Source: Candidatus Eiseniibacteriota bacterium (lineage in GTDB: Bacteria; Eisenbacteria; RBG-16-71-46). From it: a stretch of DNA of 64,000 bases. Below, piece after piece: positions 55,103 to 64,000 of the stretch. Position numbers and translations under genes: made by a program. Numbering within the stretch: the first letter of the stretch is position 1; every line of letters begins with the position of its first letter. The notes beneath the pieces are model-generated. The model ran no database searches. It worked only from the letters and a program-made list of their open reading frames with translations, and was not told the origin of the DNA. The stretch is from positions 1-64,000 of the forward strand of contig JANMQY010000140.1 of the NCBI GenBank assembly GCA_031370785.1, in the 5' to 3' direction.

Positions 55103-55295
55103 GTTCCCTCCCTGTCCTCGTAAACGTGAGCTACTGTCGATGGACTCTCTGTCAGCAGGCCGCGTGCCAGTGGTGGCGCATGGAGTCGAAGCGTTGTGCG
55201 GCAGTCGGTTGAGGGGCCAGGCCGCCAACGGCGAACGAGCTTTGTTGCGCGCCCGCCACAGCGTGCGCAGCGCGCCCGCCGCGCAGAAACCGGAA

Positions 55296-55326
55296 CGGCC
55301 GGCCTGGGGAGGAACGAGGCCGGCCG
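55296..55326 (-). terminator. Terminator downstream of the cupredoxin gene
   Basis: CGGCCGGCCT...AGGCCGGCCG stem with a T-containing tail on the minus strand. Confidence 0.5.
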
Positions 55327-55345
55327 CTCGAAGCGAGCCCCGATC

Positions 55346-55744
55346 CTAGCTGCCGCTCGTGACCGTGTGCGCGACTCCGGCGTTATTGGTCCAGGTCACG
55401 ATGCTACCCGGCTTGACCGTAACCGAGCTCGGGGAAAAGCCGGGCACGCCTCCGACGATGCTGACTGCCGCTGACGTGTTCGACGACGCAGCATCGACGA
55501 TGACCGAATTACCCGTCATGTTCGAGTGGATCGTGCAGTGATACGGGAACGTGCCGGCGGTCATGAACGTGTGCGGAAACGTTCCGGACGCCGGGATGGA
55601 ACCCGAACTCAACTCGGGCCCACCACCGCCACCCGGAGGAGCCGTCGATTTGCTGCTGCTACCACATGCGTAGATCGTGGCCAGGGTCGCGATCGCGATC
55701 GAGAGTGCGGTCGTGGATGCCCAGAACCAGCGTCGCTTCGTCAT
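55346..55744 (-). CDS. Plastocyanin/amicyanin-like cupredoxin lipoprotein, circularly permuted
   Basis: IYAC lipobox; AGTFPYHCTIHSNM precedes FSPSSVTVKPGSIVTWTN...HTVTS; AGGAGG RBS. Confidence 0.85.
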   Translation of the reverse strand: MTKRRWFWASTTALSIAIATLATIYACGSSSKSTAPPGGGGGPELSSGSIPASGTFPHTFMTAGTFPYHCTIHSNMTGNSVIVDAASSNTSAAVSIVGGVPGFSPSSVTVKPGSIVTWTNNAGVAHTVTSGS

Positions 55745-56003
55745 GCAAACTCCTCCTTGGAGGAAACCAACCTCGGCTCCCGATCCGTTTCACGGCCCGA
55801 CTGGAGCATCACCCGACCATCCGTCGGTGAATCATTTGTACACCAAACGCGGTGCGTTGCGATCATGTCATTGACAGGAATTGCGGTCACCCGGGACCGT
55901 TTAGCGACTGCGAACGGGCGCGGGGCCTCGCGAGGAATCCTGCGATCCGCCAGTGGAGTGACGCGTTTGGTTCAGCGGTGGGAAACGAATGGAGAAGAGG
56001 TAC

Positions 56004-57068
56004 TCAGTTCATCCAGCGCAGGTTCGCATCGGGCTCGACCGAGAATGAACCGAGATTCCACTTCCACGCCTGAATCTGCGTGCTGGTCGGCTCCATCCAC
56101 ACCACGCCGATTCCGGGATGATCGGTCGCGTACGCCTCGGCTCTCTCGCGCCCCATCACCAGCAATGCGGTCGAGAGCGCATCGGCACGTGTGGCGCCCG
56201 GCGCGATCACAGTGACCGCGGCCCGGGAGTCCACCGGGTCGCCGTGTCGCGGGTCGAAGGTGAGTCCGTATCTGCGGCCACGCGCGGTAAAGCCTCCGTC
56301 GCCCTGGCTCGAGGTCGACACGGCGCCCTGGCGGACGATCAGGCGCAACACCGGTCGCGTGTCGTCCGCCGGGTCGGAGATCTGGATCACCCACGCCTCG
56401 CCGTCGGTGAATGCCGAGATCTGGCTGCCGAGGCTGAGCAGGGCACGCCTGACGCCGCGCATGCGCAGCAGGGTGGTCGCATTCTCGAGCGCAAAACCCT
56501 TGCCGATGCCGCCGAAGTCGAGGCCCATCCCCGGGCGGTTGAAACGCACCGTGCGGTCGCCATCCACAACCGCGACGCGGTGCCAGTCCACCGCCGCTCG
56601 CGCCTCGGCGAGCTCGTCGGGTTCCGGAACGCGGCCTTCGCCGCGCACATCCCAGGCCCGGTTGAGAGGCTCGACCGTGGGATCGAACGCGCCATCGGTG
56701 TCGGCGGCGATTGCGAGCGAAGAGTCGAGGCAGGCGATGAAGTCCGGCGAGCACGGGATGCGGGTTTCGGCGCCCGCGGCGTTCACGCGCGTCAGTTCGC
56801 TGTCCTGACGCTTCGAGCTGAGCACGCCATCGAGCCGAGCGATCTCGTCGAACGCCGCCTCGATGCAGCGCCCGGTCCATGCCGCGTCCTTGCTCTCGGC
56901 CGCGGCAACGCAGCTCTCGTCCATGACGGTCCGGGTGCGCTCGACCAGCGCCCTGGCATCGCGCAACCCGCGCTTCACGGGCTTCTTTGCGGCGAGCGCG
57001 CCGCCCGGCAGCGAGGCCAGCAGGACCGCGGCGAGAGCGAGGCAGAGGTGTCGGTGGACGCGTCGCAC
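56004..57068 (-). CDS. apbE: FAD:protein FMN transferase (ApbE family)
   Basis: SELTRVN, TDGAFDPTV, LDFGGIGKG, VSTS, DPRHG, ADALSTA. Confidence 0.88.
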   Translation of the reverse strand: MRRVHRHLCLALAAVLLASLPGGALAAKKPVKRGLRDARALVERTRTVMDESCVAAAESKDAAWTGRCIEAAFDEIARLDGVLSSKRQDSELTRVNAAGAETRIPCSPDFIACLDSSLAIAADTDGAFDPTVEPLNRAWDVRGEGRVPEPDELAEARAAVDWHRVAVVDGDRTVRFNRPGMGLDFGGIGKGFALENATTLLRMRGVRRALLSLGSQISAFTDGEAWVIQISDPADDTRPVLRLIVRQGAVSTSSQGDGGFTARGRRYGLTFDPRHGDPVDSRAAVTVIAPGATRADALSTALLVMGRERAEAYATDHPGIGVVWMEPTSTQIQAWKWNLGSFSVEPDANLRWMN

Positions 57069-57169
57069 GTGTGGTAGGTCATGCCATTCGAGTGCGCAAG
57101 TCAAGGCGACGCCTTTTCACACTCGGGCGAAGGTCGCTCTCGAGCCTGGGCGTGTGCGTGCGGCGAGCG

Positions 57170-57364
57170 CTATCCCCGGCCTCGCTTCGCCGCACGCGCC
57201 GCCGCGGCGCCGTCGCGGGGCAGGCGCCCCGAGTCCGCCAGCGCGCGACGCAGCAGGAATTCGATCTGCGCGTTCAGGCTCCTCAGGTCCTCGCCAGCCC
57301 AGCGCTGCAGCGCCTCCATCACGAGCGGGTCGAGCCGCAGCAGGAACGGCTTCCGCTCCGCCAT
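57170..57364 (-). CDS. Arc/ribbon-helix-helix small DNA-binding protein
   Basis: [13 protein letters not shown]...[17 protein letters not shown]. Confidence 0.85.
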   Translation of the reverse strand: MAERKPFLLRLDPLVMEALQRWAGEDLRSLNAQIEFLLRRALADSGRLPRDGAAAARAAKRGRG

Positions 57365-57367
57365 CAC

Positions 57368-58243
57368 TCACCCGCCGTACAGCGTGCCGGTGTTCACCAC
57401 CGGCTGTGTGTGCCGGTCGCTGCACAGGACCACCAGCAGGTTGCTCACCATTGCCGCCTTGCGTTCTTCGTCGAGTGTGACCACGTGGCGCTCGTTCAAC
57501 CTGGCCAGCGCCATCTCGACCATGCCGACCGCGCCCTCCACGATCGTGGATCGCGCGGCGACGATCGCACTCGCCTGCTGGCGCTGCAGCATCGCGCTGG
57601 CGATCTCGGGCGCGTACGCGAGGTGACTGATGCGCGACTCGATCACCTGCACGCCCGCTCGTGACAGGCGTTCCTGGATCTCGAGCTTGAGGCGCTCGGC
57701 GACCTCGCCGGTGTTGCTGCGCAGCGCGATCTCGCCCTCGACGTGCGCGTCGTAGGGGAACGAGGTCGCCATGTTGCGCAGCGCGGCCTCGGTCTGGACC
57801 TTGACGAAGTTGTTGTAGTCGTCGACCTGGAACATCGCCTCGGCGGTATCGACGACCTCCCACACCACGACCGCGGCGATCTCGATCGGGTTGCCGGAGT
57901 GGTCGTTCACCTTGAGCTTCGCGCTTTCGAAGTTGCGCACGCGCAGAGACACGCGGCGGCGCGGAGCCGTGAACGGATTCACCCACCAGAGCCCGGACTG
58001 CTTGAGCGTGCCGACGTAGCCGCCGAACAGCTGCAGCACGCGGGCCTCACCGGGATTCACTACCACCAGCCCGCCGAACCCGATCACGAATGCGGCGAGC
58101 ATCAGCAGCGACCCGATCACCATTCCCATCGAGCCGGAACTGATCCCGGCGATGGTGCCGTAGACCGAGGCAAGCACACCGGCGAGCAGGACCACCAGCA
58201 TCAGACCACCGGGCAGCGCAGAACCTTCCTTTTCACGGATCAT
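57368..58243 (-). CDS. SPFH/Band 7 membrane protein
   Basis: [55 protein letters not shown]. Confidence 0.92.
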   Translation of the reverse strand: MIREKEGSALPGGLMLVVLLAGVLASVYGTIAGISSGSMGMVIGSLLMLAAFVIGFGGLVVVNPGEARVLQLFGGYVGTLKQSGLWWVNPFTAPRRRVSLRVRNFESAKLKVNDHSGNPIEIAAVVVWEVVDTAEAMFQVDDYNNFVKVQTEAALRNMATSFPYDAHVEGEIALRSNTGEVAERLKLEIQERLSRAGVQVIESRISHLAYAPEIASAMLQRQQASAIVAARSTIVEGAVGMVEMALARLNERHVVTLDEERKAAMVSNLLVVLCSDRHTQPVVNTGTLYGG

Positions 58244-58697
58244 GTCGGCCTCCTCCTTCGTGGGGCGATGTCAAAGTGATATCGCTTTGATAGCCGACGC
58301 GCAAGCAGGATTCGCGCGGGTTCTCGCGCGTCAGGACCCGGATCAGCGGGGCGTGCCCCGGGAACTCGTCGATCAGCTTCTCGCGGTCGCCGCGCTCGAA
58401 GTCCTGGGGGTCGTAGCCGGGGGCGACGGTGGTGCCGAGCAGCGCGACGCGTCCGCCGGGAATCAGCCGGGAGCCCTGCCAGCTGCCGCGAGGCACCAGC
58501 AAGGTGTCGGGGGTGAGCAGGTAGTAGATCGCGGTGCCGAGCGCGCGCGGTCCGGCGTATCGCCCGGGCAGCGCGTCGGCGGCGAGCGATTCGTCCGAGC
58601 GCCAGGTCTCGGCGTAGAGCCCTCCCTCGCCGGGATGCGGCTCGAGCCCGAGCAGAGCGATGATCTCCTCGGCGCTCGGACTGCGTTCGTCGGTCAA
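58233..58697 (-). pseudogene. DUF985 (Cupin_5) gene with an in-frame internal deletion and C-terminal read-through
   Basis: LGLEPHPGEGGLYAETW...TAIYYLLTPDT is joined directly to LLVPRGSWQGS...TVAPGYD. The HR..SDE..HFY.G cupin core is absent. Confidence 0.7.
58271..58290. promoter_or_regulatory. Palindromic operator upstream of the SPFH-Arc operon
   Basis: TCAAAG-T-GATATC-G-CTTTGA, an AT-rich near-perfect palindrome about 28 bp before the ATG. Confidence 0.7.
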
Positions 58698-58766
58698 TCG
58701 AACTCCCCCGTGATAGCGCGAAGGCCCGGGCGATGCGCCCGGGCCCCGAGCCGGCGTGAGCAGCGA

Positions 58767-59285
58767 CTATGCCTGGGCCGCAGCCCTGGGCGCGTACTCG
58801 GCCGCGTTGTGCTCGAAATCCCACATCGAGGGAACCTCCGCGCCCATCTGGCGCAAGAAGGCGTAGAGCTGTCCGCGGTGGTGCAGCAGCTCATCGTACG
58901 CGATTCCGTAACCGACGAACGCCGGAAAATCCATTCCCCACGGCGTCTTCACCGTGGCCATCAGCTTCGCGTCGGTCATCGTCTGCGTCGCCTGGTCGGC
59001 CGCCGCCCACGAGTCGCGACAGTACTGGATGAGATCGACCTTCGTCTTGATGCCGGCGACGATCGCCTTCTCGTCGAGATCCGTGACCTCGCCACGCGCC
59101 GAGCCCTCGACCACGGCGCGGACCGACATCCCATACAGGTGCACGACCAGTTCCTTCGGCGTGCGCATGTTGGGAACCGGATGCGAATCGAGCTTCGACT
59201 CCGGTATCAATTCCACGCAACGAATCGCGATGCCGTTCAACTGGCGCATGTGATCCCACTTCTTGTCGATCTGTGCCTTGTTCAT
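58767..59285 (-). CDS. DinB/YfiT-like protein
   Basis: MRTPKELVVHL...ELLHHRGQLYAFLRQMG. Confidence 0.85.
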   Translation of the reverse strand: MNKAQIDKKWDHMRQLNGIAIRCVELIPESKLDSHPVPNMRTPKELVVHLYGMSVRAVVEGSARGEVTDLDEKAIVAGIKTKVDLIQYCRDSWAAADQATQTMTDAKLMATVKTPWGMDFPAFVGYGIAYDELLHHRGQLYAFLRQMGAEVPSMWDFEHNAAEYAPRAAAQA

Positions 59286-59409
59286 GGGGATTCCTCACTC
59301 TCGTTCGACTCGGGTTGCGGCCGCGGTCCGTCCGGCCATACGTCCAATACATGCGGGGATCTGACTTGGAGTGTCGTGCGGCGCGCGCAAACGGTCAAAC
59401 GACGCGCGC

Positions 59410-61317
59410 TCAGCGCCGCTTTCGGCGATTCGCGCGGGGGAGTGCGGGACGCTTCGCTCCCGGACTGCGCCCCGGTCTGGCCCTGGTTCGCGGCGGCTTC
59501 TCCGCCGCGCGGTGCGGGGGCCTGCGATCGGCCTCATCGCCGCGCGCTGCGGCGTCGACCAGCGCCTGGGGCGCGGTCACCTCGAGCGCGAGCAGCGCAT
59601 GGGAGAGCGTCTTGCCCTGCGCGTCGAGCCGGAGCGAAACCGTGCCGCCGCCGCCGAGCGACTCGTGCAGCAGGAAGTTGAGTGCGAGAAGGTTTGGCAC
59701 TTCGAATCGCTCGACGCGCCCGAGGCAGATGCCCCGGAACCGGCGCTTCACGAGCGCCGCGGTGAGGGTGCGCCTGAGCCACGGCCAGATCTCGGGCGCG
59801 CGCGCGATCACTCCGATGTTCGCGGTGTCACCCTTGTCGCCGCTGCGCGCGTGAGCGAGCGCCGAAAGCGGAACGGTAACGTGCTTGGTCGACCCGCGCG
59901 CCGGCACGGGCTTCACGCGCGGCAGCGGAGCGGGCCTCGCGGCGGGCACGATCGGCGTCGGCCACTCCAGCATGCGCTCGCCCTCACGCGTGACGAGCTT
60001 CGCCTTCACCCGATCGCGCGGCACCAGCGCCGGCCAGTAGGCCACGACTTCCTGGGCCTGCGGGCGTCCGCCGGTGACCGCGACTCCGGGCGGGCCCGAC
60101 AGGATCACCGCGGGCACCATCTTCGAGAACTTCTCGATCTTGTCTCGATCGCGGTCGCGCACCGAGAGCCGGAGCAGCACCTCGGGCGGATCCGACGGTG
60201 GCGCAAGCGGGCCCCAGCACGCCGAGTGTCCGACCAGCTCCACGTGACGCGCGTCGAAGTCGAGGCCGAGCCGCTTCCAGAACAGGTCGGCGAATGCGCG
60301 CGCCTTGGCGGTGGCGTCGGGCGCGGAGATGATCAGCGCGCCGCTCGCCTTCCAGCCGTCGAAGTACGATGCGCTCACCTTGAGCGATGCCGGCGCGGGC
60401 CGTCCGCGGACGCCCCACACCCGCACGCGATCGCGCCCCGTGGGCTCGAGCCGGATGGTCGCGAAGTCGGCGACCACGTCGGGGGTGATGTAGCCGCGCG
60501 GGTCGCCCATCTCGTAGACCAGCTGCTCCTTCACGGTGCGCACCGTCACCGCGCCGCCAGTGCCGGCGTGCTTGGTCACGACGAACGAACCGTCGGGAAA
60601 CACCTCGAGCACCGGATATCCGATGTCGGCGAAGCGCGGGATGCGCCGCCAGTCGGTGAAGTTGCCGCCGGTGCTCTGCGCGCCGCACTCCACGATGTGG
60701 CCGGCGACGATGCCGGAGGCGAGTCGGTCCCAGTCGTCCGGCTTCCAGTCGAATGCGTGGATCATGGGCGCGAGCGTGATGCCGGTGTCGGTGCACCGCC
60801 CGGTGACCACGATCTGCGCCCCGCTGTTCAGCGCCTCGACCACCGGCCACGCGCCGTAGTAGGCGTTGGCGGAAGAGATGCGCTCGCGGACCGCGCTGAA
60901 CGGCGCGCCGTCCTCCATATTGTCGAGCGTGACGCCGGTCGCGTTCAGCTCGCCGAGCCGATCCATCAGATCGTCGCCGACGACCGCTGCCACCTCGAGC
61001 GCCGCGCCGTTTCTCTGCGCCATCTCGAGCAGGGCTCCGCGGCAGGCCAGCGGATTCACGCCGCCGGCGTTGGTGATGGCGCGCGTGCCGCGCGCGACGA
61101 GCAATGGCAGGCTCTGCTCGACCTGGGTGACGAAGTCGCGTGCGAAGCCCGCGCGAGGCTCCCGGGCGCGCTGCTTCTGCATGATGGACATCGTGATCTC
61201 GGCCAGGAAGTCGAGGGTCACGAAGTCCACCGGACCGAGCTCGATCTGGCGCTTGAACTGCGCCAGGTCGTCGCCCCAGTAGCCGCCGGCGTTGGCGATG
61301 CGGATCATCTCGGGCAT
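59410..61317 (-). CDS. AtuA-family (DUF1446) protein with a fused C-terminal ferredoxin-like domain
   Basis: IRIANAGGYWGD, DFLAEITM, NAGGVNP, GHIVECGAQSTGGNF, EQLVYE, AHARSGDKGD, DAQGK. Confidence 0.88.
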   Translation of the reverse strand: MPEMIRIANAGGYWGDDLAQFKRQIELGPVDFVTLDFLAEITMSIMQKQRAREPRAGFARDFVTQVEQSLPLLVARGTRAITNAGGVNPLACRGALLEMAQRNGAALEVAAVVGDDLMDRLGELNATGVTLDNMEDGAPFSAVRERISSANAYYGAWPVVEALNSGAQIVVTGRCTDTGITLAPMIHAFDWKPDDWDRLASGIVAGHIVECGAQSTGGNFTDWRRIPRFADIGYPVLEVFPDGSFVVTKHAGTGGAVTVRTVKEQLVYEMGDPRGYITPDVVADFATIRLEPTGRDRVRVWGVRGRPAPASLKVSASYFDGWKASGALIISAPDATAKARAFADLFWKRLGLDFDARHVELVGHSACWGPLAPPSDPPEVLLRLSVRDRDRDKIEKFSKMVPAVILSGPPGVAVTGGRPQAQEVVAYWPALVPRDRVKAKLVTREGERMLEWPTPIVPAARPAPLPRVKPVPARGSTKHVTVPLSALAHARSGDKGDTANIGVIARAPEIWPWLRRTLTAALVKRRFRGICLGRVERFEVPNLLALNFLLHESLGGGGTVSLRLDAQGKTLSHALLALEVTAPQALVDAAARGDEADRRPPHRAAEKPPRTRARPGRSPGAKRPALPRANRRKRR

Positions 61318-61731
61318 GAAGACAGGTCTCGATCGTGAGCGGGTGGCGTCCGGCAGAGAGCGGGCATGCTAACACACGCCGCTGCGCCATGATACGACGG
61401 CGGCCCACCCTGGGGCCGGGCCGCGTTTGCCGCGCGCTTCGCAGGGGTGACTCGAAAAATGTGATCCGGGCACGGATGGCTGCGCCGGCCAAACCGGCCA
61501 CCTTTCGATCGTGTGCTGAAGAAAGTCGGTATCGCGAAGGCGGTTGTGGTTATCTAAGGAAGGTTGCCTGGCTTCCTGAAGCGAGCGGTCATCACGTCTT
61601 GTCGTGAAGACGGCTGCTTGATTCTTCGCATCTCCCCAGGGAGGCCACGCGGCCGCGGTAGTAGATCTTCGGAGGCCGATTTGCACCTGAAGATGTCCCG
61701 CGCGCTCATCGATCCGGAGAAATCGATTCTG

Positions 61732-63312
61732 ATGCGCCTCTTGCCCGCCAGTCTGCGCACGCAGCTGCTGCTCTTCATCCTGCTCGCCGTGCTGCCGCCC
61801 ATCGCGCTCATGACCTACACCGCGGTACAGCAGCGACGGTCGGCGGAGCGTGCCGCCAGCTCCGAAGCGCTGCGACTCGCGCGTCTCATTGCCGCGCACG
61901 AAGACCAGCGCATCGAGGGTGCCCGGCTCCTGCTCGAAGGGCTGGCGCGTCTGCCCGAGATTCAGCGCCATGATGTCGTCGCGTCTCGCAAGCAGTTCAG
62001 GGAGATCATCGCGAATCACCAGGGCTTCGAGCGTGTCGCTCTCGCCGACGCTTCGGGTCTCGTAATCGCGGCGGCTGGGCGCAATGCGGCTGCACCGGTG
62101 GCCGAGGCCGAGTGGTTCACGCGCGCGGCGGCGACCCGCCGCTTCGTGGTGGGAGGGCGCGGCACGGCCGACGTACCGGGCTCGATCGAGCTGACCGACG
62201 CGCTTCCGCTGACCGATGCGCGCGGAAACCTGCACGCGGTGCTGTTCGCGACGCTCGATCAGGCATGGCTGCGCAATCTCGCCTCGGAGCTGGCACTGCC
62301 GCCGAGCGCCTCGGTGCTTCTGTTCAATCGGGACGGGCACGTGCTGGCGCGTTTTCCCGAGAGCGAACGCTTGCCGGTGCGCTCGATTCCGCGGGATCAG
62401 CTCGAACGCATGCGTCTGGAGCGAAGGGGGACGGGGGTCTTCACCGAGCTGGACGGCGTGGAGCGGTTGTCCGGGTTCGAAGCGCTCGAGAGCGTGCCCG
62501 AAGACCGGCTGTTCGTCCGGGTCGGGCTGTCGCGCAAGGCAACCGTGCAGCGCGCGCAGCGCCTGTTCCTCGAGAGCCTCGCGTTCCTGCTCGCGCTCGG
62601 TCTGGCGATGGCGCTCGCGGCATGGCGCGGTGCCCGGCGCGTGGTGCTGCGCCGGCTCGACGCGCTGGTCGCCGCGACCCGGCGGGTCGCCGCCGGCGAT
62701 TTCACCGCGCGCACCGGACTCCCGTACGGCAAGGGCGAGCTGAGCGAGCTGTCGCGCGCGTTCGACGCGATGGCCGAGACGCTCCAGCAAAATCGCACCG
62801 AGCGCGAGGAGCTTCAGCACGTGCTGCTTCTGCTGTCGCTGGTCGACGAGCTGACCGGACTCTACAACCGTCGCGGGTTCATGATCATGGCGCAGCAGCA
62901 GATCGATCTCGCCGAACGGGCGCACACCTCGATCACGCTGGTGTTCGCGGACGTCGACCAGCTCAAGTGGATCAACGACACGTTCGGACATGCCGAGGGC
63001 GACGAAGCGCTGCGCGAAGCGGCGCGCATCCTCAAGCAGACCTACCGCCGGTCCGACGTGGTCGCGCGGCTCAGCGGAGACGAGTTCGTGGTGCTCGCGG
63101 TCGAATCGACGGGTCAGGGCGGCGAGGACATGACCGACCGCGTGTTCCGCAAGCTCGCTGCCGAGCGTCGCGCGTCGAGCGGGAGCTATACCCTGTCGCT
63201 CACGCTCGGACGGGTGCGCTTCGACCCGGAGCGCCACTCCTCGATCGAGGAGCTGCTGGCCGAAGGAGACTCGCTGATGTACGCGCAGAAACGCTTCCGG
63301 GAGCAGGCCTAG
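61732..63312 (+). CDS. Membrane diguanylate cyclase (TM, Cache-like, TM, HAMP, GGDEF)
   Basis: DELTGLYNRR, DVDQLKWINDTFGHAEGD, RRSD I-site, ARLSGDEF. Confidence 0.9.
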   Translation: MRLLPASLRTQLLLFILLAVLPPIALMTYTAVQQRRSAERAASSEALRLARLIAAHEDQRIEGARLLLEGLARLPEIQRHDVVASRKQFREIIANHQGFERVALADASGLVIAAAGRNAAAPVAEAEWFTRAAATRRFVVGGRGTADVPGSIELTDALPLTDARGNLHAVLFATLDQAWLRNLASELALPPSASVLLFNRDGHVLARFPESERLPVRSIPRDQLERMRLERRGTGVFTELDGVERLSGFEALESVPEDRLFVRVGLSRKATVQRAQRLFLESLAFLLALGLAMALAAWRGARRVVLRRLDALVAATRRVAAGDFTARTGLPYGKGELSELSRAFDAMAETLQQNRTEREELQHVLLLLSLVDELTGLYNRRGFMIMAQQQIDLAERAHTSITLVFADVDQLKWINDTFGHAEGDEALREAARILKQTYRRSDVVARLSGDEFVVLAVESTGQGGEDMTDRVFRKLAAERRASSGSYTLSLTLGRVRFDPERHSSIEELLAEGDSLMYAQKRFREQA

Positions 63313-63493
63313 GACTCCGCCTGCCCGCGCAATGCCTTGCGCCATCGGGTCCGCCCCTGGACGCTTGTGCCGGTTGCCGGGCCGCTCGGGCGCGTGCTAG
63401 CTTCGCCGCGATTCGCAACGCTTTCCGCACACGCCGCCGCCACGCGGCTCCCGCCGCCGGTGCGGCTCTCGTACCGCACTTCGCGAGGCCATC

Positions 63494-64000
63494 ATGTCCA
63501 GCGTCCGCACGCTCACCCTTGCCGACGTCGCGCTGCCGCACGCCGGCGTCCTGCGCAACTCACTGCTCGTCATCGGCGCGAGCCTGCTGACCGCGGCGGC
63601 GGCGCAACTCGCGATCAAGCTGCCGTGGACGCCGGTCGAGATCACCGGACAGACCTTCGTCGTGTTGCTGACCGGCGCGGTGCTCGGCGCGCGGCGCGCA
63701 TTTCTCGCACAGTTGCTGTACCTCCTCGAAGGTGCGAGCGGGCTGCCGGTCTTCGCGGGCGGCGCGGGTGGCGCGGTGTATTTCGCGGGCCCGACGGCCG
63801 GCTACCTGATCGCCTTCCCATTCGCCGCGGCGCTCACCGGCTGGCTCGCCGAACGCGGCTGGGATCGGCACCTTGTCTCGACGTTCGCCGCGATGCTGCT
63901 GGGCAGCACGGTCATCTTCGCCTCAGGACTCGCGGTGCTCTCTCGTTTCGTCCCCTACGACACGCTGCTCGCCCAGGGTCTGCTCCCGTTCATCCCCGGC
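63494..64000 (+). CDS. bioY: Biotin transporter BioY (partial; 3' end runs off the window)
   Basis: Translated by hand: AQLAIKLPWTPVEITGQTF.V...LG.RR...YLLEGASGLPVFAGG...GPTAGYL...GLLPFIPG. Confidence 0.9.
   Translation, partial: MSSVRTLTLADVALPHAGVLRNSLLVIGASLLTAAAAQLAIKLPWTPVEITGQTFVVLLTGAVLGARRAFLAQLLYLLEGASGLPVFAGGAGGAVYFAGPTAGYLIAFPFAAALTGWLAERGWDRHLVSTFAAMLLGSTVIFASGLAVLSRFVPYDTLLAQGLLPFIPG

Noticed and set aside
55865..55876. Short palindrome TGTCA-T-TGACA upstream of the cupredoxin gene
   Set aside because: Only 5-bp arms and a single copy; too weak to call an operator.
61480..61730. c-di-GMP riboswitch upstream of the diguanylate cyclase
   Set aside because: Only small hairpins; I could not find a class I or class II consensus by eye. 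An Infernal/Rfam scan would be decisive.

Overview
A very GC-rich bacterial chromosomal window with about 57 protein-coding genes or gene remnants. I found no rRNA, tRNA, CRISPR array, transposase or integrase. The gene mix (a FlgD-like Ig C-terminal domain, tricorn, TldD/PmbA, outer-membrane barrels, many exported hydrolases) suggests a diderm soil organism, possibly Ca. Eisenbacteria or another FCB relative; this taxonomy is only a weak inference. Recognisable genes include an ECF sigma/zinc anti-sigma pair, YyaL-like and DsbD redox proteins, a retropepsin-PDZ protease, an amidase, an Eis-like GNAT, WecA-like and GT2 transferases, TldD/PmbA, a TetR regulator, a P1B-4 ATPase, arginase, an S9 peptidase, MsrB, Ada-AlkA/Ogt, acetyl-CoA synthetase, tricorn, a cold-shock protein, ApbE, SPFH, AtuA, a diguanylate cyclase and BioY. 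Most notable observations: (1) a coupled HEAT-repeat plus HD-GYP pair whose two proteins share an apparently unnamed N-terminal domain, flanked by near-identical terminators; (2) a circularly permuted type-1 cupredoxin lipoprotein; (3) three copies of one ECF promoter motif between the sigma gene and a divergent membrane-protein gene; (4) a Cys-rich GAF-Fis-HTH regulator lacking its AAA+ domain, under overlapping palindromes; (5) several genes with clean internal deletions; (6) a Tat-signal GatC/AtzG-like small protein ahead of a signal-less amidase. Family names come from motif recognition, not database searches. Several start codons were refined by eye.
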